64,000 nt of DNA from Lophium mytilinum (taxonomy: Eukaryota): the NCBI GenBank assembly GCA_010093605.1, contig MU004191.1:418816-482815 (forward strand), in the 5' to 3' direction. Numbering within the stretch: position 1 is the stretch's first letter; every line of letters begins with the position of its first letter. The translations under genes were made by a program, and so were the position numbers. The notes beneath the pieces were generated by a model. The model saw only the letters and a program-made list of their open reading frames with translations. It was not told the origin of the DNA and made no database searches. Shown here in pieces: positions 24,425 to 38,170 of this stretch.

Positions 24425-25019
24425 CGTTCACAATATTCGATGTTTGATATTTGATATTGACCCGGTGTTGAGTCTGCAGTTTTTTTGGTGGAGAAGACTG
24501 CAATCCGGAAAGTCTGCCGAGTTCCCGCAAAAAACCCCGCCAATCACCGTGCGTACCCCACTGTATTTACCTTGTAGGGGGTTTAAAGCGCGGAAGTAGT
24601 GCCGAAAAGGGGGACTCCGCTGCAGGCCTTTGTCTGCGTTTGGCGATCGGGGCAAATTCCCACGACAGTCACGCTACTGCACGCTGAATAACTCTGCGGT
24701 TGTATAAGAATCCTACCGCAGGCCCTATCGCGGGTGTCATCGCGCAGCTTCAACGCACCACGAGCGTCATCTTGGTAAGAGTTGAAGCACCTGCAGCCAC
24801 TGATGAGGGGTGCTAAAAGACTCATATCTGGCCCTTGCTGAACTCCTCTTTAGCAATTACTAAGCTCTCGTCGCCCCGTCACCTGCACCTTCAGTGCTAT
24901 CATATAACCTTCGTTTCTTTGCTCCTCTCAATTTGCATCTCACCTCTTTACTCTGTGATATGTCCATGAGATATTTTCTTTCCGACCTACACGTCTGAAA
25001 CAGCCCAAAATTTGCCATC

Positions 25020-26786
25020 ATGTCGACAGGCGCCTTTGGCAGCTTCTTTGACATTCAATCTGCTCCCCCGCCTGCTGCTGTCTACAAGCAAACGCATGGC
25101 ACGCCAGCTCCGACTCCATTGGAGTTAGATGACTACAATTGGGGCGATCGCTACAATGGACCGCGGAGTGGGATGCAGACACCCCACGGGGAACCACAGA
25201 CCCCAATGAGCCCTATCACGCCAAAGTCGCCTAACGAGTTGGAGATGAGTAGACCTCCCTCACCCAAGCGCGACGAAGCAGCGTCCCTCGTGCAAACATT
25301 TTGGAACCCATCAATGAACAAGTGGAGAGTTCTGAGTTGCTGTTTGACTTACTTTGGCAATGGCATGAGTGATAGCGGTATGTTATTCTTAGTGTATTCG
25401 ACGGTTTTATAGCGTGTCTTCGCGAAATATATACCTCAGCGAAATTAGTTTCATCATACTAACTATAGCACAGCACCCGGTGCTTTGATTCCGTACATGG
25501 AGGCTGATTACCGCATCGGCTATGCCGTCGTCTCTATGATCTTCGTCGGCAACGCAGTAGGCTTCATTGTTGCTGCATTCTTCGCCAGCTGGTTCCTGAA
25601 TAAGCTCGGCCGAGCTAAGACGTTGGTGCTATCTGAGTTGTTCTTAATTGCCGGAAACGTCATCATAGTAACAACGCCTCCATTTCCCGTGGTAGTCATA
25701 GCGTGAGTATCATGCCATCCGGTACAAAATGAAGCTCACGGTTCTAGGTTCTTTCTCCTGGGATATGGTGCCGCTATCAACCTTGCGCTGAACAATGTCT
25801 TCTGTGCAAATTTGCAACCGTCCAGCGTCATTCTAGGTGCAGCACATGGATCTTACGGTATCGGAGGTAGGATTCCTATGTTCTACTGCTTTCAACCAAA
25901 AGAGTCACTCACAGATATCTCTAGGCATCGTAGCCCCCATCATTGCCACAACCCTTGTAACCCATGGCCAGGTCTGGTCTCGGTTCTATTTCGTCGTCCT
26001 CGGCATCCGCGTCCTCTGCCTTGCATTCGCCGCATTCTCCTTCTGGCACTACGAGGAAGAAGCTTCTGCAAGACTTCTTTCAGCCTTGGAACAGACCGCC
26101 AGTCGCCAAATTGCCGCCGAGGCCGGCGATCCCACCAAGACACAGCTCATGAAGCAAGCTTTGAAGAACCGCGTGACCCTTATTGGGGCATTTTTCATCT
26201 TCGCCTACCAAGGCGCCGAAGTCTCCGTCTCGGGCTGGGTTATCTCGTTCCTAATCTCCTACCGCGGCGGCGATCCAGCGCGAGTTGGTTACGTGACGTC
26301 TGGTTTCTGGGTACAGCTCCCCCTCCCCTTCTGTGAAATAAAGGCCTCGACAAGCTAACGACATCAATTTAGGGCGGTATAACAGTCGGCCGCTTCGTCC
26401 TCACCCACGCTGCTCCCAGAATCGGCGAACGCCCCTTCGTCGTCGCTCTCACCCTCGGCTCCATCGCCTTACAGCTTCTCGTCTGGCTTGTCCCTAACGT
26501 CATCGGCGAAGCTGTCGCTGTCGGCATCCTCGGCCTCCTTGTCGGCCCCATCTACCCATGTGGCCAGACCGTATTCGCGAGACTGCTGCCACGCGATCTG
26601 CAGACGACGAGCGTTGCGTTTATGAGTAGTGCGGGTAGCTCTGGAGGCGCGGTGGCGCCACTCATGACGGGGTTGGTGGCGCAGGCGGCTGGGACGTATG
26701 TGCTCAATCCAATTTGTATTGGGTTGTATGTTGTTATGATTGTTTGCTGGATGTTGTTGCCCAAGGAGAGGAAGAGGACGGAGTAG
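25020..26786 (+). CDS. MFS transporter (BSC6/fucose-permease-like), ~5 exons
   Basis: NGMSDSAPGALIPYME; HGSYGIGG; FIFAYQGAEVSVSGW; SGFWGGITVGRF; GPIYP; many transmembrane segments; GT-AG introns. Confidence 0.88.
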
Positions 26787-28355
26787 GGCGTGATGCAGAT
26801 GCCGGCTATGGTGGCCTCGAGATTAGGCAGAGATGGGCACTGGAAGCAATCGACTTCTGTCGTCTGCAGTCTGGAACACCTGTTTGAGCAAATTGCGTTG
26901 CAGACCTTTCCTGGCGCGTGGTGGTCGACCGGATATCCTCTCCATCTTGGGCAATTTTGCGATCTCAGGTGATTACATGGTGAATATAAAGTGGGCTGAG
27001 CTTACTAATTAGTGCCCTACCTTATGTTTTCTCACAATCGAGAATGAAGCTACTATTGGATATTCGTGGTCGAAGTAATTTGCATGTTGTGGTGAAGGTT
27101 AGCATCGGACACACCAGTCCGCTGTATCTTCAGGTAGCACTTATTTAGACTCTATTAGTTCTCCGACCAGATACAAGTATGATCTGAATGTAAATGCCAT
27201 GCCGATGCGAGCTATCGACCAGCCGAAGGGATTGACTCCTTATGTAGCGATGAAGTGTAGGTATAAGTGCGTTTATAGCTCTAGCTCTATCTTCACAGCC
27301 GCAATGAACGTACATAGCTATATCCGTACAGATGACTGAATCACGCACCACCTCTTCCGCCGCTCACGCTTTTTGCAGTCACGAATGGTTAGATATCGTC
27401 CAAGAAACCCACTCCGCTTGCACCGGACGAGTCCCACCACCAGTATCTCCGGCACAGGGATCAGCTCTGCTATTACGGCAACAGCTTTGCCACCGTCTGC
27501 CTACTCATTAGAAATCAACTCTGCCGGACGAAATAATCTGGAGAATAGTGAATATACCGAAAATTTATAGAGAGCCGGCCTATACGGTATTGGCTGGTGC
27601 TGCGGATGGGGTCTGATGAGGACATGGATGTCAGCTTCGATCCATGTGGCTTGAGCGGCAACTGGCCGTTAGCGTGGGATTTATGGTTTAAGGTGATGAC
27701 AGGAACAAGGCGGATTTGTGGGGACGGCACGTAGTCGATCAATATGTTTATGGCGGATTTACATGCTCTAATCTCGTAAAGCATACTACCTTTGGTGAAA
27801 TAGGAGCCTTCGAGTACAGGCAACACCTTCTCTACTTCTATACGCAACAGGAAGCCTATCATCGTCTCGACTTCAAGCAGATGAAGCTTGAATGCTACCA
27901 CAAATACCGCCGAGCCCTTCACTCTCACGTCCTCATTCTACCACACTAGTCCCTTATCGGCAACGAGCTCCAGAATGTCAGTTCGCGGGGCACGGCGATA
28001 CACCGGATTTAGGACGCCAAAAAGCCACTACCACACCTCTCTTTTATGCAGGCCACCACGGACCGAAGCATGTAGGACAATGAGCTCATAGTGGGCAGCG
28101 CGCAGCCTAGAGCTATGCAAGCCGTGCAGCGTCGGCGTTAATGGATGAAATCTAGAATGGAGGGGTATATAAGGGGACGGGAAAGGGTCCGAGGTAACCG
28201 GTATCTACATCATACATAGCTTTTCACTCGTCTTTCTTCGGCGTCACGTCACTAGGAACACCATCTGCAATTGTCTCTCAAAACACTGCTGTACTCGCTC
28301 ACTTCATCGTCAATTGCACAACTGGGACGCTTGTAGAAACAAGGGATACTTCATC

Positions 28356-29796
28356 ATGTCTGGAAACCCATTCGGAGACCCTGCGCCGCCGCGCAGCTTG
28401 CTGGACTTCCACCGCGTGCTGTCCACCTCCGCCGGTGTGCGTGTCTCGCCGCTATGCCTTGGGGCCATGAACTTTGGAGATGCCTGGTAAGTGATCCAGA
28501 GAGCTCGTGTTCAGCATATCCAGAGCCCCACCAGAGTATCCACCACCGCGACGTGCAAATGCTCACAACCAGTCAGGAAGGGCATGATGGGCGAATGCAA
28601 CAAGGAGCAGACCTTCGAAATGCTCGACTACTTCTACGACAACGGCGGCAACTTCATTGACACGTAAGTTGCTATCTAAAGTGCTATGCTCAACTCCCTG
28701 CTTCATCCTTCCCGATCCCATTGCCTTATCCAGTGGCCACCCTAACACACACCCCAGCGCCAACAACTACCAAGGCGAAGAATCCGAGACCTGGATCGGC
28801 GAATGGATGGCGGCACGCAAGAACCGCGACCAAATAGTCATCGCGACAAAGTTCACGACCTGCTTCGTGTCGGCGCGCAACCCCAAGCCCGCGCTGATGG
28901 TCAACTACGTCGGCAACAACACAAAGTCGCTGCACCTCTCGCTCGAAGCCAGCCTGAAGAAGCTGCAGACGACCTACCTCGACGTCCTCTACCTGCACTG
29001 GTGGGACTTCACCACGGGCATCGAGGAGCTGATGCAGAGCCTCAACGCGCTCGTGCTGGCGGGCAAAGTGCTGTACCTAGGCGTCAGCGACACGCCGGCG
29101 TGGATCGTGAGCAAGGCGAACCAATGTTAGTGTCATCCCCCTTCCTCCCCCTTATTTCCCAAGAACATGAAACTCCATGATATGAGAAATGGTAACTGAC
29201 GAAACGCTTTTCTCTCGCCCACAGACGCCCGCGACCACGGCTTCCGCCCCTTCTCCGTCTACCAAGGCCGCTGGTCCGCCGCGGATCGCGACTTCGAGCG
29301 CGACATCCTCCCCATGGCGCGCGCCGAGGGCATGGCACTGGCGCCGTGGGGCGCGCTGGGCGGCGGGCACTTCAAAACCGACGCGCAGCGCGAGGCCGCC
29401 GAGGGCCGCAAGTTCGGCAAAGCGTCCGACAAGCACGTCGCCATCTCCAAGAAACTCGAAGCCGTCGCCGAGAAAAAGGGTACCCTCATCACGTCCGTCG
29501 CGCTGGCGTACGTCATGCACAAGTACCCCTATGTGTTCCCCATTGTTGGCGGTCGCAAGGTCGAGCACTTGAAGGGGAATATCGAGGCGTTGGGGCTGCA
29601 GCTGACGGAGGAGGAGATTGATGATATTGATAGTGCGGTGCCGTTTGAGGTCGGGTTCCCGATGAATATGCTGTTTGAGATGACGGGGAAGAAGTACAAT
29701 ACGCGCATGACGTCCGCGGATGTGGGGCTGTCGAATTTTGCAGGACATTACGATGCTGTGCCGCATCAGGCGCATATTCAGCCTAGGAAATTGTAG
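28356..29796 (+). CDS. Aldo-keto reductase (aryl-alcohol dehydrogenase/norsolorinic acid reductase-like), 4 exons
   Basis: VRVSPLCLGAMNFG; GGNFIDTANNYQ; IVIATKF; YLDVLYLHWWD; GKVLYLGVSDTPAW; YQGRWS; PIVGGRKVEHL. Confidence 0.92.
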
Positions 29797-30745
29797 GGGG
29801 GGAACGGGCGTTGAGTGTTTCTGAGCGGAGGTGATGGATGCTCGATTAGATTGAGATGTGTAGATCAAGTAACTCAAGACTTGCATGCTTCAGTTGTGTT
29901 TTTTTGAAGTGCATAATGAAGGGGTGAGAGAACCTTGGAAAACGAACGCTTTGAAGCAGTTCCAACATGGTTGATGTGTCAGCATACTAATATCATGGTA
30001 CTTTATCTCACTAGAATATATTAGATTATAGTAAGCAAACTCGAGCAGCGTGGAATGGCCGTCCTGGGGGCTTCTGGGGGGTAGTTCGGATTGAAATGGC
30101 AATAAACGAAAGGAACAAATGCGCTTGAGGTGAAAAAGTGACCTTTTGTATGATTAGAAAAAAACATTCATGACTTGAAGCATGTAATGAGAGAAGGATC
30201 TTAAATACATGGCCCAAAGTCGGGTTTCTAGCAAATTATTCATTGTATACTCAGGAAAGGCTCGCCCTCGCACAGCAAAAGCTCAGATCGAAGCATGAGC
30301 AGCTTAGCTCCCTGGAGAGAAAAGCAAAGTGGTTGTGTGCACACTGGGTATCGTACTAGCTATGATCTGACCTGTAAGTTACATCAATCTTCGTCCGACC
30401 CCACCTTTGATATCTTGATTCTCGTGCCCCGACATTGGAGATGTCGGCAATATCTCGAACCAGTATCAGTAGTCCGACTTGCTGTATTGATTGAGTGTGA
30501 CAGCTGCTGATCTCTACACTTCTTTCTGGTTCCCATGTTCAATCTCGTCGACGCCAATGTCATCGGAGGGATATAGCTGCATGTGACTACATTGGACCAT
30601 ATGGCTGTCGAGGTCTAATTGCAGTAGTCGTAACAGGCGTAAAGTATAGTTGATCGAAAGGCCCATTTGCCACGACCATACTAGTGTCGTCTTCATGCCC
30701 TTCGCGTTCGTCCAAACTTCCAATATGAAGTAGCCATACATCCCC

Positions 30746-31714
30746 TCAAGTCTTCTTCTTCTTCTTCTTTTTCTTTTTCTTCTTTTTCTTCGACGATCCC
30801 TCCCCAGCGCCCTCTGCATCTACCTTGACAGCCACTAATTGCCTGCCAAACCTCCTCACGGCCTCGGCCTCGAATCCCTCCTTCTCCATCCTGAACAATG
30901 CCATCGTCGCCCTAGCATCCTCCACACTCGAGTGCTCCCCAGTCTGAATCTTGAGTCCTAGTAATTGATCCACTAGCTTTCTCAGCGCAGGCGTCTTCCC
31001 CATGGCCAACTCCTTGAACTTTGGGTATTTTGACGTATCCCTGATATCCCGCTTCGGATGTGCCATTATGAGCGCACTCAGATCGTTCTTCAATGCATGG
31101 CCTACTAGTATCCGCTCATCCAACAACGCAGCCACCTCTTTCTGCACGATATTGAAAGGTCGCGCGGTCTCCAGCGCTAAGGGTGTTATGCCGGACACGT
31201 GCGTGCGGTAGTCGGTGATTGGGACGACGGGCAGCACATACGCGTCGTAGAGCTGGTGGCCGTGGTAGTTGACGAGCGAGACCCGCGCGAGCTGCGAGTC
31301 TTGGTCTGGGGTGGGACCTATGCCGACCATTTCGCAGTCGAGGGCGACATACTTGCCCGGTGTAGCTGTAGCAGAGAGGCCCTCGTTGGGAATGTCTGGA
31401 TGGAGCGGGGAGGGCGTGAGGAGGGCGGCGGGGTTGTGCTGCTCTTTTCGAGGTATGATTGTTGCGGCACCGGGGAAGTTAGAGTGGTAATGGTCGTCCA
31501 TTCTCCGTTTCTTAGGGGGTGGGAGACTGCTGCTGCTGTTGGCAGCATGGGAGTTGTGTTTGTGTATTGGGATGTGCTTCTGGACGCCGTTCCGCTGCTC
31601 GGACGAGCTCTTGCGCTTCAGTGGATTGGCGGGCTTCAGCTGTGACGCCGAGGAGGGTTTTGGGAGAGTCTGTTGAAGCCTCTTCCAGTTACTGGAGAGG
31701 TTTGAAAGATCCAT
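30746..31714 (-). CDS. REX4: RNA exonuclease 4 (DEDDh)
   Basis: [53 protein letters not shown]; Lys-rich tail. Confidence 0.92.
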   Translation of the reverse strand: MDLSNLSSNWKRLQQTLPKPSSASQLKPANPLKRKSSSEQRNGVQKHIPIHKHNSHAANSSSSLPPPKKRRMDDHYHSNFPGAATIIPRKEQHNPAALLTPSPLHPDIPNEGLSATATPGKYVALDCEMVGIGPTPDQDSQLARVSLVNYHGHQLYDAYVLPVVPITDYRTHVSGITPLALETARPFNIVQKEVAALLDERILVGHALKNDLSALIMAHPKRDIRDTSKYPKFKELAMGKTPALRKLVDQLLGLKIQTGEHSSVEDARATMALFRMEKEGFEAEAVRRFGRQLVAVKVDAEGAGEGSSKKKKKKKKKKKKKT

Positions 31715-32001
31715 TGGGCGGGTATCATGCTGGCGGCATGGCGGTGTAGAAAGTGTAGCAATCATCAAACGTTCGGACGGTGATGGTGGTCAGTGAATTT
31801 ATTTCTTTCAATGCAGAAGGCTCAGATTTAACGGCCGCCTGTACTCAATTGGATTAGCATCATGGTCCGTGCGCCAAATCACGTGAGCATGAGAGACAAG
31901 GCCGCCTCTCGCGGTCGCAATCCACGAACGACGACGACGACGACTCCATCACACCACGCGACTTGTTCATCTCCACATTTTGACAGCGTGCAAGACTCGC
32001 C

Positions 32002-33865
32002 ATGGCGCCCCGAGAATCATCGCACGAGCCGACGAGCACCCCGGACCCGGTGGAAAAAGGCTTTGCTACTTTGGCCACCTTACGGTACGCATCGATGCGA
32101 CAATGAATCACGACAGATATACTGATTGAGGTGTGTTGTAGGATCGGGGTGAAAGCGTTTGTTGAGAAGGTATGCAGTTTTGTGTTCGATAGACGCGCCG
32201 CAAGAACATCGCGAGCCAACCCAACTTTTCCGCATGAAATTATTTTCTTATGTACTTTATATATTGTCATATTCCTACATTTCTATTGGAATTCCTTTGC
32301 GATGTCCGTCTCGTATCCATATATCGAACTTTCATTTCAACTTCATACGTACCTCGCTCATCTACAGCTTCTAACTCCTCCCAGGATGGCGAGAAACGCA
32401 AGGCAGAAATCCTTTTGCTACGAACCCGACGCGGCAAACCAACCTTCTATGTCCATTATGAAGAGTTCAACAAGCGGCTCGACGAATGGGTTCCCGCCGA
32501 GCGCATCGATCTTACGCGGGAGGTCGAGTGGCCTGCCCCAGAGAAGCCAGACAAGAAGAAAGCTACCAGCGCCGCCCCCAAGTCTCAACCCCCTAAAGCC
32601 GATACCTCTAAAGCTCCCAAGAATCTCAAGCGTGCCCGTTCGAAGCTAGATCGCGAGGTTTCGTCGACCCCTGAAGCCACCTCTGCCAACCTGCCCGGCA
32701 AAGCGCACCGGCCCACCAAAGCCAGCGGCAAGGAGAACAAGGACCACATCGCCATCATCTCGACCGAAGTCGCAGATGGCAGCACGCCCAAGCCAGATGA
32801 CGAGGAAATGGACCTCGTTGACGTGGCCGACGCTGCCGCCGCTGCCAAAGCCGTCCCCTCCGAGATCTACTCGCGTGAGGATGAAATCGAGAAACTGCGC
32901 ACCGGAGGCTCTATGACGCAGAACCAGACTGAAATTTCCCGTGTCCGCAACCTCGATAAGATCCAAATGGGCAAATTCGAAGTCGAGCCGTGGTACTTCT
33001 CACCCTACCCAGTCGACTTCACCGACGCCGACATGGTCTACATTTGCGAGTTCTGCCTGTGCTATTTCGGCGACGAGGTGCAGTTCGTGCGGCATCGGTC
33101 GAAGTGCACACTACTACATCCGCCGGGCAACGAGATCTACCGTGACGACTATTGCTCGTTCTTCGAGATTGATGGCCGCCGCCAACGAACCTGGTGTCGT
33201 AACCTCTGCCTCCTCTCCAAGCTCTTCCTAGATCACAAGACGCTTTACTACGATGTCGATCCATTCCTCTTCTACTGCATGTGTACCCGAGATGAGCACG
33301 GCTGCCACCTGGTCGGCTACTTCTCGAAGGAAAAGGAGAGTGCGGAAGGCTACAACGTTGCCTGCATCCTCACCCTGCCACAATACCAACGGAAGGGCTT
33401 CGGCAAGCTCCTCATCGCATTCTCGTACGAGCTATCAAAGCGTGAGGGCAAGCTCGGTAGCCCCGAGAAACCCCTTTCCGATCTCGGGTTGCTGGGCTAC
33501 CGTGCGTACTGGCAGGAGACGATAGTTGACCTGTTGATTGATGGAAGGGCGGAGGCGAATGTGGAGGATTTGGGAGCTATTGCAGCAATGACGACGAACG
33601 ATGTGTTGCACACGTTGCAGAATTTGAACATGCTACGGTATCATGTAAGTCCAGCCCCTGCTACCCCTTTGCTGCTAGACAGTATGGCTGCTAATCTGAA
33701 ACGCAGAAAAACCAGCACGTCATTGTACTCACGGACGCAGTCCTCGAGCAGCGCGATCGGCAGAAGGCGAAGGAGAAGTTGAAGGGCAAGCGTAGCATTG
33801 ACCCTGAGAAGCTACAGTGGAAACCACCTGTCTTTTCTGCGGCGTCGAGGACGTGGAACTGGTAA
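32002..33865 (+). CDS. ESA1: MYST histone acetyltransferase Esa1 (NuA4), 4 exons including a 28-nt exon at 32142-32169
   Basis: Chromo-barrel [64 protein letters not shown]. Confidence 0.95.
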
Positions 33866-34556
33866 TGATATCATAATTCTCTTTTGTAATGTGTGCTTTG
33901 ATCAGGTTTAGCGTGGCGCTGTTGGATCATTTGGTTGTGAGTGGATGGGATGTGATGGTCAACGTGTACTATACCAGAAGCATTCAGCCACTTCAAGGAT
34001 GTTCATATGAGATGAAAGGATGGAAAATTTTGAGTTCAAAAGCTCCGTTCAAGCGTGCATATCAAGCAGACAGATTCTCCCTGGTTCTCCCTATCAGTTG
34101 CGCTTTCTTGCACCTTACAAGGACACAGTTTTGCTAACGTTGTTCAGCGTTACTTGAAGTGCTCTGATGAGCCTCCGGCAGCCATAGGGAAACTCAAATC
34201 CATCCTACGGAAGAGTCTATTTCTTTCGGGTTCCCCTTTAGGCAGCGGTAGAACGATTTACGTACCTAGGTAAACTGAGCCTTTGGTCGACATCGGCAAT
34301 CTGGAAAGAACCAAGAGGCAAGCTCCAGATTGTTGTTAAGACATTGAAGCACTACGGAAATGTGTCGAATTTGTGCCATGTTTCCATATGTATATTGCAG
34401 CTCTCAACCTCGAATATTTTACAGCAGAAGCTCATACACCGCTCAAATGCTGCACACCATGCCATGCCATCATCCTTTATGCACAAAACCGCCTTCATGC
34501 TTCTTTGCAATCCAATGCTTTACGCCGCCCGATAAGAATAGTGGAGATTTCCGCTC

Positions 34557-35030
34557 TCATTCAACCGTATCCTCCGCTTTGTCCACGGGCTCCCTGCCCA
34601 ACCTCCTCCTCCTTACTGGTTCCACCTTTATAACCATGGGCATCTCGCCCCTCTCGTCCTTCTTAAGTCCGAGTATCTGCCCCACGAGCCCTCCAGGCTT
34701 AGGCACGGGGCACTCCCTTCCCCTCGGCACTCTCCTCTCCTCTCCCAGGACATCGCTCTCCCTTTCCTTCTCATCCCCCATGCCCAATACATTCACGGCA
34801 GCCGTATTCGTGGATTGGGTCTCTGTCCCCGGGATAACGTTCCCGTGCTCATCGCGCTGGCATCTCCTTCGCCGCCGCCGAGGTCGATCCGGGTCTGCGG
34901 CGTCGGCTCGGGCAGCGGGGACCGGGCAGGGGAGGACGTGAGGCGTAGCGACGACAAGGAAGGAGATAGCGAGGGTGGTGGAGAAGAGCGACATTGTCAT
35001 GCGCGAGCGTGGGTGGAGTGCTGGTGGCAT
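34557..35030 (-). CDS. Small conserved fungal protein (N-terminal hydrophobic segment, PCP motif, RECPVPKPGG)
   Basis: 157-aa ATG ORF starting MPPALHPRSR...VVATPHVLPCP; divergent from PPH3. Confidence 0.7.
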   Translation of the reverse strand: MPPALHPRSRMTMSLFSTTLAISFLVVATPHVLPCPVPAARADAADPDRPRRRRRRCQRDEHGNVIPGTETQSTNTAAVNVLGMGDEKERESDVLGEERRVPRGRECPVPKPGGLVGQILGLKKDERGEMPMVIKVEPVRRRRLGREPVDKAEDTVE

Positions 35031-35588
35031 AGTGGGTAGTGTCGAGTAGCGGGGGTTATAGAGGCGGCATTGGTGGACTGGAGTAGAGAGTAAGTGGGCG
35101 AATGGGAGGAAGAATTTAGTGATATTGCACGTACAGTGCCAATTGGGTCACCACGAGGTAAACGGGAGCGGCGGAAGATGAATGAGATTAGGCGGTCTTT
35201 GAGGTGGTGAGAGATCTTTGGTCTCTGCCAAGCAAAGTTGTCGATCTTGAACACCCCTGTCATATCAGATTGGCCGCATGCGACTTCAATCCACCGAGAC
35301 CTCGCTGCAACTTTGACGACATATACAGTGTCTCGTTCCGCCCCCAGACCGCCCGTTACTACTTAGCAGCACCGTCGTCGCGGACTGCCTGCGCCGCCTT
35401 ACATAGCCCTCGGTCTACGCAACTCCGTCACCAATCGCCAATTCTCCAGCGCGTCGCCATTTCCGACCACTACCTCACGAAGCTTGCGGAGACTCGAGCA
35501 ACAACTGGAACACATTTGCCCTTGTATCTAATCGAGCCATAATACTTGCTGAGAGCCCTCTTAGGGCAAGAGTCCCGCGCCCGCTAAG

Positions 35589-37085
35589 ATGAGCATTGGC
35601 GGGAGCGACCTCGACCAGTACGCCCGCCACCCGGAGCTGAATCGCAAATGAAAGGCTAACGGAGGGGTCTAGGGCGATTCGCCAACTTCGCGCATGTCGG
35701 CCGATACCAGAGAGCCAAGTCAAAGAGCTCTGCTACAAGGCGAGGGAGCTGCTGATCGAAGAGGGCAATGTGGTGGGGGTGGATGCGCCGGTGACGGTAA
35801 GAGCTCTGGGAATATTCTTATGAGGCAAGGCTAATAGGTGGTGAATACAGATATGCGGTGATATCCATGGGCAGTTTCATGATCTTATGGAGCTATTTCG
35901 AGTTGGTGGGGACGTTCCTGACACGAACTATCTTTTCATGGGTATGTAGTCGCTACGCTCTTGAGAGAGGACTCAAGCTGATGGCGCATAGGTGACTTTG
36001 TGGACCGAGGTTTCTATTCTCTCGAGTCTTTCCTTCTCCTTCTGTGCCTCAAAGTGCGATATCCAGACCGGATAACGCTCATTCGCGGAAACCATGAATC
36101 CAGACAGATCACAACTGTGTACGGCTTTTACGATGAGTGCCTGCGGAAATATGGGAGCGCGAATGTTTGGAGGTACGCTATACTACAATCTCCGAAATCT
36201 GAGGCATCAGGCTAATTTATTCTCAGATACTGCTGCGAAGTGTTCGACTACCTCGCCCTCGGCGCCCTCGTCTCGGGGGCTGCTACTACCCTCGAACCCT
36301 CCGACGCCCCCTTCGCAGACCTGAATTCCCAAGCCAGCATGCCCGGTCTAGACCAAGACATCGAAATTGAGACCCTCAACGCAAGCGGCGAAGTCATGTT
36401 CCGCTTCGCGCGAAACAGCGAGCAGTCGTCGTCCGCGGCCCCCAGCCAAAACACCTCCAGCTCACCTCTCCCCACCCCCGCACGCACTGGCGCTCCCGGC
36501 ACAGGCGCCTCGAGCTCCTCCTCCGGCTCCACGGGCTCCTCCACTGGCGCCGTTCTGTGCGTCCATGGCGGCCTCTCCCCCCTCATCGACACAATCGACA
36601 AAATCCGGCTGCTCGACCGCAAACAAGAAGTGCCCCACGAAGGCGCTATGTGCGACTTGCTCTGGTCGGACCCCGACGAAATCGACGGCTGGGGTCTCTC
36701 CCCTCGCGGCGCAGGCTTCCTGTTCGGCGCCGACATCGTCAAGTGCTTCAACTACAAAAACGACCTGAGCCTCATCGCCCGCGCCCACCAGCTCGTCATG
36801 GAAGGCTTCAAGGAAATGTTCGACAGCACGATTGTGACGGTGTGGAGTGCGCCGAACTACTGCTATCGGTGTGGGAATGTGGCGGCGATCCTGGAGCTGG
36901 GTGAAGATGGGGGCAATGGCGGGTTCGTGAGTAGGTCGAATGGGGACGTGAACAGGACGCAGGTGCTCGGGGAGAAGGTGCAGGGGAGAGAGGGCCCAGG
37001 GAGGCGGTATAGGGTGTTCGATGCGGCGCCGCAGGATTCGAGGGGGATGCCGGCGAAGAAGCCGGTTGCGGATTACTTCTTATGA
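35589..37085 (+). CDS. PPH3: Ser/Thr protein phosphatase 4 catalytic subunit, 5 exons
   Basis: [41 protein letters not shown], and the PP4-type C-terminus KKPVADYFL. Confidence 0.9.
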
Positions 37086-37582
37086 TTGAGATGGTATGGC
37101 GGTATGGGAGGGGCGTTGGGTTGGATCTGAGGCGTTAAAGAATACCCGTAATGGAAAAGCACTTGAATGAAGGTGTGGTCGGCGTTGAGATCGTTGGTCG
37201 GGTTGGTTGGACATCGTGATTGTACTGACCTCCACGAACGGATGAAAAGGAGGCGAGTGCCAGGGTAGTCGTACTCTGGAAATAGTATTCAAACCAAGGT
37301 AGGCTCTATTTCTGCTTTCACATCCCCTGTCACTCTCTACCAATTTCAATGCATTCTCAGGTATCTAAATGCCAAAGGAACTCTTCACTTCAGGCTATAT
37401 GAAAAGTCGTTTAAGCACTTTAAGCAGTGGCAGACAGGAGTACACAAGCTCCCCTTTTTCTTTACTCTCCAAGGCTACCTCAAATGCCTTTCCACCTCCT
37501 TGACCTCGAGGCCAACCCTCAAAGCCCGCAAATCGATGGCTAGTTCAAACGCTCTCCTTCACACACCTTCCATACCTCAAAC

Positions 37583-38170
37583 TCACCCTCCTAAAGCATC
37601 CATCTTCTTCCCCCCCGTCTCCCGTCTCCACCTCTCCACCTCGGGCTTCAGCACCTCCAACCTCTCCAAACTCTCCCTCCTCCACACCTTCTCCACATCA
37701 TAGTACCCCACAAACGCCCTCTCCCCACTCAACTCCACCCACGGCTGCTTACTCTCAGTGAAGATATGGGCATCCGGCCTCAACGCGTCCGGTTCATCGA
37801 GCGTGCCCACCCGCACGATGCGCGTCAGCGGGCCGTGGAACGCGTAGTTGCTCCACATGACGACGCCACAGTCCAGGCAGCGCGCGAGGGTCTGCCCGGC
37901 GCCGCTGACGGACGGGATGGTGGAGAGGATGGGCTGCGCGGCGGGGGAGGGGGCGTGGCGCACGTGCTGGGCTTCGAGGATGGCGTTGAGGGCGAAGGAG
38001 GCACCGGTTTCGCGCTGGCACCAGCGGCAGTGGCAGCAGTTGACGGCGAGTGGGGCGGCGAGGATTGTGTAGCGGATTTTGCGGCAGACGCAGCCGCCGG
38101 TGAGGGGGAAGAGGGAGGGGAGGGTGGAGTAGTGGGGAGTTGAGGGGGGTTGGGGAGGTGGGGATGCCAT
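37583..38170 (-). CDS. GFA/Mss4-like (glutathione-dependent formaldehyde-activating family) zinc protein
   Basis: TGGCVCRKIRY, CHCRWCQRETG, RCLDCG, VRVGTLD, HIFTESKQPW. Confidence 0.88.
   Translation of the reverse strand: MASPPPQPPSTPHYSTLPSLFPLTGGCVCRKIRYTILAAPLAVNCCHCRWCQRETGASFALNAILEAQHVRHAPSPAAQPILSTIPSVSGAGQTLARCLDCGVVMWSNYAFHGPLTRIVRVGTLDEPDALRPDAHIFTESKQPWVELSGERAFVGYYDVEKVWRRESLERLEVLKPEVERWRRETGGKKMDALGG

Noticed and set aside
27373..28091. Several short overlapping ORFs between the MFS and AKR genes
   Set aside because: No recognisable domain; mostly non-ATG starts; none stands out in codon pattern.
32170..32384. Long (215-nt) ESA1 intron as a snoRNA host
   Set aside because: No clear C/D (RTGATGA...CTGA) or H/ACA arrangement visible.
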